Assembly: GCA_965116495.1 (NCBI GenBank)
Contig: OZ220696.1
Coordinates: forward strand, 3,360,001-3,424,000
Length of the DNA stretch: 64,000 nt
From: Gammaproteobacteria bacterium
GTDB lineage: Bacteria > Pseudomonadota > Gammaproteobacteria > Eutrophobiales > Eutrophobiaceae
Reading direction: 5' to 3'
Part shown: positions 19,665-28,825 of the stretch, piece by piece
Layout of the letters: every line of letters starts with the position of its first letter
Position numbering within the stretch: position 1 is the first letter of the stretch
Made by a program: the position numbers and the translations under genes
Notes under the pieces: generated by a model
What the model was told of the DNA's origin: nothing
What the model saw: only the letters and a program-made list of their open reading frames with translations
Database searches by the model: none

Positions 19665-19746
19665 GTCAGTTGCCGAACCAGCATGGCAAATCGCATACTT
19701 TCGACACCCCGCCGGGGACAGAATTGAAATCTTTTCGCGCACAGGT

Positions 19747-19770
19747 GAATTTATGGGTGTCCTGAATTTC
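19747..19770. repeat. single copy of the AATTTATGGGTGTCC repeat
   Basis: GAATTTATGGGTGTCCTGAATTTC matches the copies at 5.7 kb and 9.0 kb. Confidence 0.8.
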
Positions 19771-19807
19771 CTCTATACTGTCCATCTCGAACGTATTCCC
19801 CACAGTA

Positions 19808-21274
19808 ATGTCTGCTGAAACCATAATGATACAAGGCACGACGTCCGATGCCGGTAAAAGCGTCCTGGTTACCGGCTTGTGCCGCGTCCTGGCGCGTACC
19901 GGGTCATCCGTTGCCCCGTTCAAACCACAGAATATGGCGTTGAACTCCGCCGTAACCGTCGAAGGCGGGGAAATCGGCCGCGCCCAGGCACTGCAGGCCC
20001 AGGCCTGCGGCCTGGAGCCCGCCAACGACATGAACCCGGTTTTGTTGAAGCCGAATTCCGATATTGGCGCCCAGGTGATCGTGCATGGCAAGGTCGATTC
20101 AACCCTGGACGCCGTAGCATACCATGAAAGAAAACCCGCCTTGCTGCACGCCGTGATGGATTCCTATCGCCGCTTGCAGAGCCGTTATGATTATGTCGTG
20201 GTGGAAGGCGCCGGCAGCCCGGCTGAGATCAACCTGCGCGACCGGGATATCGCCAACATGGGATTCGCCGAAGTTGCCGACTGCCCCGTTATCCTGGTTG
20301 CCGATATTGACAAGGGGGGCGTGTTCGCCCACCTGGTCGGTACGCTGGCCCTCCTCAGCGAGACGGAACGGCACAGGGTTACCGGGTTTGTCATCAACAA
20401 ATTCCGCGGAGATATCGCGTTGTTGCAACCGGGGATAACGTGGCTGGAAGAAAAGACCGGGAAGCCGGTGCTCGGGGTGTTGCCTTACCTGCAGGGATTT
20501 CACCTGGATGCGGAGGATGCGATTTCCCCGGACACGGACGTGGAACCGGTGCGGGACGCTTTGAAGGTCATCGCGCCGGTATTCCCCCGCATCAGCAATC
20601 ACACCGATTTTGATCCGTTGCGCCTGCATCCGCAGGTGGATTTCAAATTCATCGGGCCGGGGCAGGCTATCCCTCCTGCCGACCTCATCATCCTGCCGGG
20701 CACCAAGAACGTTCGCCACGACCTGCAATGGATGCAGGATAACCGCTGGTTCCCGGCCGTATACCGGCACCTGCGGTATGGCGGCAAACTCCTGGGTATC
20801 TGCGGCGGATACCAGATGCTGGGCGCCGTCATTGCCGACCCCCTCGGTATCGAAGGGGAACCGGGCAGCAGTGTGGGGCTCGGACTGTTTCAGATGGAGA
20901 CGGAATTGCGGCCGCAAAAACAACTGCGCCGGGTGCGCGCCAGCCTGGCGCTGGATGATACCCCGGTCGGCGGCTATGAGATCCATGCCGGGATAACACG
21001 GGGGAATGCCCTGCAACGGCCGGCCATCCGCTTGCCGGACAGGGAGGATGGCGCAATCTCCGAAGATGGCCGGGTCATGGGTTGTTACCTGCACGGTTTA
21101 TTCGATGAAGGCGACGCTTGTGCCGCGTTGCTGAAGTGGGCCGGCCTTGAACAGGTGGAAGTGACGGACTACCGGACCCTGAGAGAGCGCCAGATCGACC
21201 GCCTCGCCGACGCGATAGAGGATAGGATCGATCTGGCCAGTATGTTTAAAAATATATCCGTCATCTGCGGATAA
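19808..21274 (+). CDS. cbiP: cobyric acid synthase (CbiP/CobQ)
   Basis: [31 protein letters not shown] and YLHGLF motifs. Confidence 0.96.
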   Translation: MSAETIMIQGTTSDAGKSVLVTGLCRVLARTGSSVAPFKPQNMALNSAVTVEGGEIGRAQALQAQACGLEPANDMNPVLLKPNSDIGAQVIVHGKVDSTLDAVAYHERKPALLHAVMDSYRRLQSRYDYVVVEGAGSPAEINLRDRDIANMGFAEVADCPVILVADIDKGGVFAHLVGTLALLSETERHRVTGFVINKFRGDIALLQPGITWLEEKTGKPVLGVLPYLQGFHLDAEDAISPDTDVEPVRDALKVIAPVFPRISNHTDFDPLRLHPQVDFKFIGPGQAIPPADLIILPGTKNVRHDLQWMQDNRWFPAVYRHLRYGGKLLGICGGYQMLGAVIADPLGIEGEPGSSVGLGLFQMETELRPQKQLRRVRASLALDDTPVGGYEIHAGITRGNALQRPAIRLPDREDGAISEDGRVMGCYLHGLFDEGDACAALLKWAGLEQVEVTDYRTLRERQIDRLADAIEDRIDLASMFKNISVICG

Positions 21275-21311
21275 TATTTGTTTTTGCGCGCCATGTCCTT
21301 TACCATTCTTT

Positions 21312-21543
21312 AGTGTAGTCAGGTTTCCAGCCGGTGTGTTTATGCGCCGACTGGATTAACGGGAAGACTGGTGAGTTCCTGCGAACGATTCCAGCACTGC
21401 CCCCGCAACGGTGATCAGCCTGGTCCCGGACGTTACCACTGTGTTGGCCCTGGTGAAACATCCAGGTCTGGAGCATGGGAAGGTGTCCGGGACGTTGACT
21501 GGCGACAGTCAGCGCTGTCAGTCCGGAGACCGGCCTGTATACA
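21312..21543 (+). ncRNA. cobalamin riboswitch
   Basis: CAGGT...AACGGGAAG.CTGGTG, CTGCCCCCGCAACGGT, CCACTG, GGGAAGG and B12 box AGTCCGGAGACCGGCCTG; upstream of btuB. Confidence 0.93.
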
Positions 21544-21678
21544 TCCGTCGTCCGGGATCCGATCCCGGTACGTTCAGTGACATGTTGCGGAGGGCGGCAT
21601 CGGGCATTTGTTCTGCTCCAATTCCCCTCTTTGCTGCTGTCTGAATTCGTTCACGCGACATTCTACGGGAGTGAAGAA

Positions 21679-23499
21679 ATGAAAAAGATGTATATCACGG
21701 CGCTGATTACCGGCGCCGTACTGTATGGGCCTGTGATCCAGGCTGCTTCGTATGAAGAGATTATTGTTACGGGGACGCGTTCCCCGATCGAGGCTGACAA
21801 GTTACCCGCAGCCGTTACGGTGATCAACCGGCAGGACATTGAGGAACTGCAGGTGAACTCACTGCCTGAATTGCTGCGCGGAGTAACCGGTGTCGATGTC
21901 ACGGTCAGCGGTGGTTACGGCAAAACAACAGGCGTACGCATGCGCGGGACCGAAAGCCACCACGTCCTGGTATTGGTCGACGGTGTCAGGATCGGGTCGG
22001 CAACCCTTGGGACCGCCGCTTTTCAACATTTGCCGCCGTCTTTGATAGAGCGTATAGAGATCGTGCGCGGCCCGCGTTCCAGCCTGTGGGGATCAGAGGC
22101 CCTGGGCGGCGTAATTCATATCTTCACCCGCGAGGGCTCGGGTGAGACGCCGCGTTTCAGCCTGGATGCCGGTGGCGGTTCTTTTGATACCTTCGAGGTA
22201 ACCGGCGGCGTCAGTGGCGAATATCAGGATTTCGATTACAGCGCGGCGGTTTCCTGGTTTGATTCCCGCGGGATCGATGCCAGACAGCCCACCCCCGGCC
22301 TGTTCGGTGTCGACCAGCCGGACAATGACGGCTACGACAATATTTCCGTGCATTTCCGCGGCGGTTATGAATTCGGCGATACGGGCCGGATAGAAGCCTT
22401 TATCATGAGGGCGGAAGGCGCGACAGAGTACGACGGCAACTTCCAGCATGAGACCGATTTCCTGCAACAGGTGGTGGGTGGATCGCTTTTATTCAATCCG
22501 CTGGAGGACTGGAGCACGTCTGTGCGACTGAGCGAGTCCCGGGATGGAACGGATAACTTCGCCCCGTCAGGTGATTTCTCCTCGCGTTTCGATACCCGTC
22601 GCCGGCAGTTGTCATGGCAAAACGATATCTCGTTGTTTGACACACAGTTACTGACCTTTGGTGTGGATTACCGGGATGACAAGGTGGGGAGTTCCACTGA
22701 CTATGCCCGCACAGGCAGGGATAATATCGGTATTTTCGGACAGTACGGCGTGAACTTCCACGGTCACCAGTTGATCGCCTCAGTGCGCTGGGATGATGAC
22801 CATGTGTTCGGCAGTAAAACGACGGGCGGGGCCGGCTGGAGTTACACCTGGCGCGACGCATTACGCCTGTATGCCTCCTATGGCACAGCCTACAAGACAC
22901 CTACATTCAATGAGCTGTTTTTTCCTTTTTTCGGCAACCCGGACTTGAGACCGGAGACTGCCGAATCCTGGGAAGCAGGTGTGGAGGGTCAGCACGAGCG
23001 CTATGGCTGGAGTCTCCGGGCTTACCGGACCGACGCGCAGGACCTCATCACCACCGTTTGCGATCAATTCTTTACCTGCGCGCCGGAAAACGTCAATGAA
23101 GCACAGGTTACCGGAGTTGAAGGCGAACTTTTCGTTCAATGGGAAGGATGGAATGCCATGCTGGCTATGGAATACCTGGACCCGGAGAATGAAACCTCAG
23201 GCAATCGCCTGCCGCGCCGGGTAAAGAAGAGATTGTCGTTCGACCTGAGACGGGACATTGGCAAGTTCACAATCGGCGCGCGCCTGCTGGCCGAAGGGAA
23301 TCGATTCGATAATGCCGGCAATACCATCAGGGTCAACGGGTTCACGCTAGTTGATTTGTCTGGGGAGTACCGTTTCAGCGAACGCCTGACGCTGCGCGCG
23401 AAGCTCGCGAACCTGCTCGACGAGGAATACCGGACCATCAACACCTATAACTCATTCGATCGGAATTTCTTCTTGTCGTTCCATTATCGAAGCCGGTAA
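21679..23499 (+). CDS. btuB: TonB-dependent cobalamin receptor
   Basis: TonB box EEIIVTGTR; plug IERIEIVRGPRSSLWGSEALGGVI; riboswitch upstream. Confidence 0.92.
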   Translation: MKKMYITALITGAVLYGPVIQAASYEEIIVTGTRSPIEADKLPAAVTVINRQDIEELQVNSLPELLRGVTGVDVTVSGGYGKTTGVRMRGTESHHVLVLVDGVRIGSATLGTAAFQHLPPSLIERIEIVRGPRSSLWGSEALGGVIHIFTREGSGETPRFSLDAGGGSFDTFEVTGGVSGEYQDFDYSAAVSWFDSRGIDARQPTPGLFGVDQPDNDGYDNISVHFRGGYEFGDTGRIEAFIMRAEGATEYDGNFQHETDFLQQVVGGSLLFNPLEDWSTSVRLSESRDGTDNFAPSGDFSSRFDTRRRQLSWQNDISLFDTQLLTFGVDYRDDKVGSSTDYARTGRDNIGIFGQYGVNFHGHQLIASVRWDDDHVFGSKTTGGAGWSYTWRDALRLYASYGTAYKTPTFNELFFPFFGNPDLRPETAESWEAGVEGQHERYGWSLRAYRTDAQDLITTVCDQFFTCAPENVNEAQVTGVEGELFVQWEGWNAMLAMEYLDPENETSGNRLPRRVKKRLSFDLRRDIGKFTIGARLLAEGNRFDNAGNTIRVNGFTLVDLSGEYRFSERLTLRAKLANLLDEEYRTINTYNSFDRNFFLSFHYRSR

Positions 23500-23522
23500 A
23501 CTGGATCACCAGGGGTAGAGAC

Positions 23523-24128
23523 ATGTCCGAAAAAATTATTAGTGCGGAAGAACACAAGCAGAAGATGCAGGCGCAGCAAAGCCAGGTGCGCGCGCGCATA
23601 GCCGAGGCGAAGACCCGGCGCGGCGTCATCATCTACCTGTACGGCAACGGCAAAGGCAAAAGCAGTTCCGCCTTCGGCACCCTGGCAAGGAGCGTGGGCC
23701 ACGGCAAGAAAGGCGCAGTCGTACAATTCATCAAGGGTAAATGGAAGACCGGTGAACAGGCGATCTTCAGGCAATTGGGGGTAGAACATCATGTAATGGG
23801 AACGGGGTTTACCTGGGATACCCAGGACCGGGCGAAGGATATCGCCGCCGCCGGGAAGGTCTGGAAAAAAGCGGCCGCGCTGTTTCAGGACCCTGATTTC
23901 GATATAGTCATACTGGATGAAGTGACTTACATGTTCAAATACGGTTACTTATCCGCTGCGGAAGTGAGTGAAGTCCTGCTTGCCAGGCCGGAAAAGCAGA
24001 ACGTCATCGTCACGGGCAGGGACGTGATCCCGGAATTGCTCGAAATCGCCGATACCATCAGTGAAGTCCGGGAAGTGCGGCATGCCTTCAACCACGGCAT
24101 CAAGGCCCAGAAGGGAATAGAATTCTAA
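23523..24128 (+). CDS. btuR: cob(I)yrinic acid a,c-diamide adenosyltransferase
   Basis: GNGKGKSSSAFG, VQFIKG and KAQKGIEF motifs. Confidence 0.94.
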   Translation: MSEKIISAEEHKQKMQAQQSQVRARIAEAKTRRGVIIYLYGNGKGKSSSAFGTLARSVGHGKKGAVVQFIKGKWKTGEQAIFRQLGVEHHVMGTGFTWDTQDRAKDIAAAGKVWKKAAALFQDPDFDIVILDEVTYMFKYGYLSAAEVSEVLLARPEKQNVIVTGRDVIPELLEIADTISEVREVRHAFNHGIKAQKGIEF

Positions 24129-25798
24129 CCCGACCCGGAGCCGAGCATTTCCCTGGCGTGATTCCGGGATTGCTCCGAGACCCGGATGCCGCCCAGCATA
24201 CGGGCGATTTCTTCTACCCGCTCAGCCTTACCCAGCTCGTGGACCCGGGTTTCGGTTATTTTGTCGTCGATGGTTTTTGTCACCCTGAAATGGTTATCCC
24301 CCTGCGAGGCCACCTGCGGCAGGTGGGTAACGCACAGGATCTGCCGGTCTGCAGCGAGCTTATGCAGCAGGTTGCCGACGATTTCAGCAATCCCACCTGC
24401 GATACCCGCGTCCACTTCGTCGAATATCATGGTTGCCGCGCTGCTGTCCCGGTTTGCGCCGACCTGGACCGCAAGGCTGATGCGAGAGAGTTCTCCGCCG
24501 GAGGCGACCTTTCTCAACGGCAGCAAGGCCTGGCCGGGGTTGGCAGAGACGAGGAATTCAACCTGGTTATTGCCGTTTCTGTGGGGCTTTAAATCCGGTC
24601 CGGGAGTGACGTTGATGTTTAGAGTGCCTTCAGGCATGCCCAGGGTCCGTATCCTGGCGCTGATATCTGCCGCCATCACGGTCGCGCACTCGCGCCGGCG
24701 CTCACCCAGGTTACCTGCGGCCGTCCGGTATTCTTCAAGCGATCTCTGTTGTTCCTGTTCCAGTTCCGCCAGTCGTTCGCGATTCTGTTCAATGACATCC
24801 AGTCTCAGACTTATGGATTGGTAATGAGCGAACAACAGTTGCGGCTGAACCCGGTGTTTTCGGGCCATGTCGTGCAACTGCTCCAGGCGCTGTTCCACCT
24901 TGCCCAGGTGACCAGGGTCCCGGTCCAGGCTGTGCAGGTAAGCCCCCAGCTCGGCGGCCGCTTCGCTGATATGTATCGCCGCATTTTCCAGTAGCCCGGT
25001 AATGTTTGCCAGGCCCGGATCAAACCGCTCCAGGGCGGCCAACTCTTTTTTGACGATGTTGATCCTGTCGGCTGCCGACTGTTCGCCGGCATGTAAACCG
25101 TCCAGTGCCGATTGAGCCGTTTCGAGCAGGTTGTTCATATTGGCCAGCCGCTTGTACTCGTCTTCCAGCCGGTCCACTTCGTTTTCCTCCAGTTCCAGCG
25201 CCTGTAATTCTTCCACTTGGTACTTGAGCAGTGATAAACGGTCGCCGGCTTCACCTTCCGTGTCGGTCAGCGCACTTATCTCCCGGGTCACGCCATCCCA
25301 TTTTTCAAACGCGCGGCTGACCTGGTCCGATATATCGCCATAATCGCCAAAGCCGTCCAGTAACTCCCGCTGTACGTCTCTTTTCAATAAACTCTGGTGT
25401 GCATGCTGGCCGTGGATATCGACCAGGAAGGCGCCGGCGTCACGCAGCAGTTGCAGGGGGACCGCAGCGGTATTTATATAGGCTCGGGAACGCCCGTCCC
25501 TGTTGATGATCCGGCGCAGTACCAGTTCGTTATCTGCAACGCTTATGGACTGCTCCTCCAGCAACTGCAGCAACCGTTCATCCTGTGCGATATTGAATGC
25601 GGCGCTGATCTCGGTGTGTGCGCACCCCGTTCGTATTACTGAGGTGTCCGCCCGGTCACCCAGGACCAGCCCCAGGGCGCCGATTAATATGGATTTGCCT
25701 GCGCCGGTTTCACCTGTCAGTACCGTCATACCTTCCCTGAACGATAACTCCACATTTTCTATTACTGCAAGATTGTTGATACTGAGATGCTTCAACAT
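24125..25798 (-). CDS. recN: DNA repair protein RecN
   Basis: TGETGAGKS, ASGGELSR, FDEVDAGI and CVTHLPQVA motifs. Confidence 0.97.
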   Translation of the reverse strand: MLKHLSINNLAVIENVELSFREGMTVLTGETGAGKSILIGALGLVLGDRADTSVIRTGCAHTEISAAFNIAQDERLLQLLEEQSISVADNELVLRRIINRDGRSRAYINTAAVPLQLLRDAGAFLVDIHGQHAHQSLLKRDVQRELLDGFGDYGDISDQVSRAFEKWDGVTREISALTDTEGEAGDRLSLLKYQVEELQALELEENEVDRLEDEYKRLANMNNLLETAQSALDGLHAGEQSAADRINIVKKELAALERFDPGLANITGLLENAAIHISEAAAELGAYLHSLDRDPGHLGKVEQRLEQLHDMARKHRVQPQLLFAHYQSISLRLDVIEQNRERLAELEQEQQRSLEEYRTAAGNLGERRRECATVMAADISARIRTLGMPEGTLNINVTPGPDLKPHRNGNNQVEFLVSANPGQALLPLRKVASGGELSRISLAVQVGANRDSSAATMIFDEVDAGIAGGIAEIVGNLLHKLAADRQILCVTHLPQVASQGDNHFRVTKTIDDKITETRVHELGKAERVEEIARMLGGIRVSEQSRNHAREMLGSGSG

Positions 25799-25862
25799 AT
25801 TGTTTCCGGAACCCGTCTCCATAGTCTCTGTGATTTCTGTATCCACAGAGACAAACAAAAAC

Positions 25863-26723
25863 CTACCCCCAGTTCAGTTTATCCCTGAGGATCTTGAAAT
25901 GGTCATGGTCCGCGGGATGGATAAGCCGTATTTTCTTGTCTTTTTTCTGTATGTTTATCTTGTCCCCCGTAACCAGTTCGCAGACGATCTCACCATCACA
26001 GGTCATGTACGCGCGGTCGATTTGCGGTGTGCCGATAATGACTTCCACCACGCTGTTGCCGTCGATTACAACCGGCCGGTTGCTCAAGGTGTGTGGGCAG
26101 ATCGGCACCAGCACCAGGGCGTTGAGCGCCGGGTGTAATATCGGGCCGCCACCGGCAAGTGCGTAGGCGGTTGAACCGGTAGGAGATGAGATGATCATGC
26201 CGTCCGATCGCTGCCTATGGAGAAAATTGCCGTTGACGAAAGTCTCAAGTTCAGTCAGTTTAGCGATATTGCCCTTCTGTATGATGACATCATTGAAGGC
26301 ATGGCTTTCCATCAGGGTTTTACCCTTGCTTTCAATTTCGCAGTGTAATTGAAAGCGTTCGTCTTCAATGTAGTTCCCGCGCAGGATTTCGTCCAGGCGG
26401 CGTATCACCGCGTTGGCGGGTATATCAGCGAGGAAACCGAGGCGGCCGCGGTTGATGCCCAGTAACGGTACATTGTAGTCGGCCAGCAGGTGGGCGGCCC
26501 GCAACATGGTGCCGTCGCCGCCTATGGCAATGGCGAGGTTGCAGTTCATGCCGAAAAGCTCCGCGTTCCCCTGGGGCAGTTTCATATTAGGCACCAGGCT
26601 GGTGGAAAATTCATCCAGCACCACCTCCCTGTCACGCTCCTGGAGATATTCTATAACCGCCTGTAAAGTATAAATTATTTCAGCAGTGCTATTATTTGTA
26701 ATAATGGCTATAGTTTTGAACAT
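25863..26723 (-). CDS. nadK: NAD kinase
   Basis: GGDGTML, GRLGFL and PTGSTAYALAGGGP motifs. Confidence 0.96.
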   Translation of the reverse strand: MFKTIAIITNNSTAEIIYTLQAVIEYLQERDREVVLDEFSTSLVPNMKLPQGNAELFGMNCNLAIAIGGDGTMLRAAHLLADYNVPLLGINRGRLGFLADIPANAVIRRLDEILRGNYIEDERFQLHCEIESKGKTLMESHAFNDVIIQKGNIAKLTELETFVNGNFLHRQRSDGMIISSPTGSTAYALAGGGPILHPALNALVLVPICPHTLSNRPVVIDGNSVVEVIIGTPQIDRAYMTCDGEIVCELVTGDKINIQKKDKKIRLIHPADHDHFKILRDKLNWG

Positions 26724-26726
26724 TAT

Positions 26727-26753
26727 TTTGCACTAACATGGCACAAGTGATAA
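26727..26753. promoter_or_regulatory. degenerate CIRCE operator
   Basis: TTTGCACTA-N9-AAGTGATAA, 14/18 match to TTAGCACTC-N9-GAGTGCTAA, upstream of hrcA. Confidence 0.5.
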
Positions 26754-26791
26754 ATTTTCCACCGGGATACTTTGCCACATTAAACTGAACT

Positions 26792-27850
26792 ATGCCAAAA
26801 AATCGTCGGCAGTCCGCATTTGATTTAAACGAGCGCAGTTTGTTGTTGTTTAAATCCCTGGTTGAACACTTCATCCAGGATGGTCATCCCGTGGGTTCGC
26901 GTACCCTGGCCCGGGATACGGATCTGGCTTTAAGCCCGGCGACCATCCGCAATGTGATGGCCGACCTGGAAGACATGGGTTTATTGCACTCTCCTCATAC
27001 TTCAGCTGGACGTATTCCCACGGTGCGCGGGTACCGCCTGTTCGTTGACAGCTTGCTCCGGGTTGAACAACTGCAGGAAAGGGAAGTGCAGCGCATGGCG
27101 CGGGAAATGGCTGCGGAGGCTGATGTCCAGCACCTTGTAGTGCGCGCCTCAAGTCTTTTGTCAGATATTACCAATCTGGCTGCGGTTGTCATGCTGCCCC
27201 GCAAGCGCCAGAATTCGCTTGAACACATTGAGTTCATCGCTCTTTCCGAGAACCGGATTCTTGTCATACTGGTGTTGAGCAACAAGGAGATCCAGAACAG
27301 GATCATACACACGGCGAAAACCTATTCGCAGTCACAGTTGCAACGGACTGCAAATTATCTTAACTCCATCTGTCGCGGCAAGGACCTGGATACGGTCCGC
27401 ACCGAAGTGATCAATGAGTTGAGAAAATTGAAGGAAGACGTGAATGAACTGATGCAGGCTGCCATCGAAATGGCGCAAAAGGCTTTTGTTACCCCCGATG
27501 CCGGGGATGAGGTCGTGATCTCCGGCCATACCAACCTGATGGGTGTGGCTGATCTCAGCGACCTGGAGAAACTGAAACGATTGTTCGAGAGCTTCAACCA
27601 GAAACGGGATATCCTGCACTTGCTGGAAAATGCGATCAGCGCCAAGGGTGTACAGATATTCATCGGCGAGGAATCGGGCTATGAGGTGCTGGATAACTGC
27701 AGTATCGTCACGTCTCCATACCGGGATGGGGGACAGGTCCTCGGTGTGCTGGGGGTAATAGGGCCCACCCGCATGGATTATGAAAGAGTCATCCCGGCCG
27801 TTGACGTGACCGCCAGAATTCTGGGCTCGGTCTTGAATTCTGCGGACTAG
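26792..27850 (+). CDS. hrcA: heat-inducible repressor HrcA
   Basis: PVGSRTL, SPATIRNVMADLE, PHTSAGRIPT and GPTRMDY motifs. Confidence 0.97.
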   Translation: MPKNRRQSAFDLNERSLLLFKSLVEHFIQDGHPVGSRTLARDTDLALSPATIRNVMADLEDMGLLHSPHTSAGRIPTVRGYRLFVDSLLRVEQLQEREVQRMAREMAAEADVQHLVVRASSLLSDITNLAAVVMLPRKRQNSLEHIEFIALSENRILVILVLSNKEIQNRIIHTAKTYSQSQLQRTANYLNSICRGKDLDTVRTEVINELRKLKEDVNELMQAAIEMAQKAFVTPDAGDEVVISGHTNLMGVADLSDLEKLKRLFESFNQKRDILHLLENAISAKGVQIFIGEESGYEVLDNCSIVTSPYRDGGQVLGVLGVIGPTRMDYERVIPAVDVTARILGSVLNSAD

Positions 27851-27978
27851 TCCATATCTTCTATAGCCGGTAATGCGGAGTCGCTTGCACGCGTCTGCGC
27901 AGGTACCGCCGGCGTGAGGGGCACTGAAGAGCATCCCTGACATCACCGTTTCAACAGGCAAATAACAGGTTGATTACT

Positions 27979-28596
27979 ATGGTTGAAGAAAAACAACAAG
28001 CAGGTAACGGAAAGGGTGCGGCAGAGGTTGAGGAATCTGCTGCGCTAGAAGCAGAAACCGAAGTTACCGAAGACGAGGGAGGAACGGGGGCTGAGGAGGA
28101 GACTAACGGCCTCGAACAGACGGTCCCTGACGAAGTCGCAGGCGTGATGCAGGAAAATGAACGGCTGAAAATAGAGGCGCAGGAAAGTATCGATAAAGCG
28201 CTGCGCGCCACGGCGGAACTGGATAATATCCGTAAACGCACCTCCCGCGACATTGAAAATGCCCATAAATACGGGCTGGAACGGTTTGTCAATGAATTAT
28301 TGCCGGTAGCGGACAGCATGGAACTGGGTATCAATGCTTCACAATCAGCGGAAGATATAGAGAGTTTGCGGGAAGGGATGGACCTGACCCTGAAGAAGCT
28401 TTTCGATTGCCTGGGGAAATTCGGTGTAAACGCCATTGACCCGGCCGGTGAGAAGTTCGACCCGGAGTGGCACCAGGCCGTCTCGATGCAGGAACTGGAA
28501 GGCACTGATTCAGGCCAGGTTATCACCGTTATGCAGAAAGGCTATGAGTTGAACGGGCGACTGATAAGGCCGGCCATGGTCGTGGTCGCAAAATAA
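27979..28596 (+). CDS. grpE: nucleotide exchange factor GrpE
   Basis: AELDNIRKR, FDPEWHQAV and GYELNGRLIRPAMVVV motifs. Confidence 0.97.
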   Translation: MVEEKQQAGNGKGAAEVEESAALEAETEVTEDEGGTGAEEETNGLEQTVPDEVAGVMQENERLKIEAQESIDKALRATAELDNIRKRTSRDIENAHKYGLERFVNELLPVADSMELGINASQSAEDIESLREGMDLTLKKLFDCLGKFGVNAIDPAGEKFDPEWHQAVSMQELEGTDSGQVITVMQKGYELNGRLIRPAMVVVAK

Positions 28597-28606
28597 TCGG
28601 AATAAT

Positions 28607-28681
28607 TGGGGTCAGAGTAAAAATAATTAATGAGCAACCTGCGTCACCTGCCAATCCAGCAGTATTTTTACTCTGACCCCA
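28607..28681. repeat. 19-bp perfect inverted repeat (TGGGGTCAG family)
   Basis: TGGGGTCAGAGTAAAAATA (28607-28625) and TATTTTTACTCTGACCCCA (28663-28681). Confidence 0.85.
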
Positions 28682-28700
28682 CATTAAACAAACTATGACG

Positions 28701-28729
28701 CTTGATTTTCAGCACTATGGCCCACATAT
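28701..28729 (+). promoter_or_regulatory. sigma32-type promoter of dnaK
   Basis: CTTGAT-N15-CCACATAT versus consensus CTTGAA-N13-17-CCCCATNT. Confidence 0.65.
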
Positions 28730-28825
28730 ACCAGTTATCCCGCGTATTGCGCCGGCGGCTGCATGGGTCGCATCGGGGTTACACACAGAAATAAAACAGT
28801 TAGGAATATCAAAGAGGCTTGAAAC

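Noticed and set aside
21577-21678. N-terminal extension of BtuB in the ORF track
   Set aside because: It overlaps the riboswitch expression platform; the RBS and signal peptide fit a start at 21679
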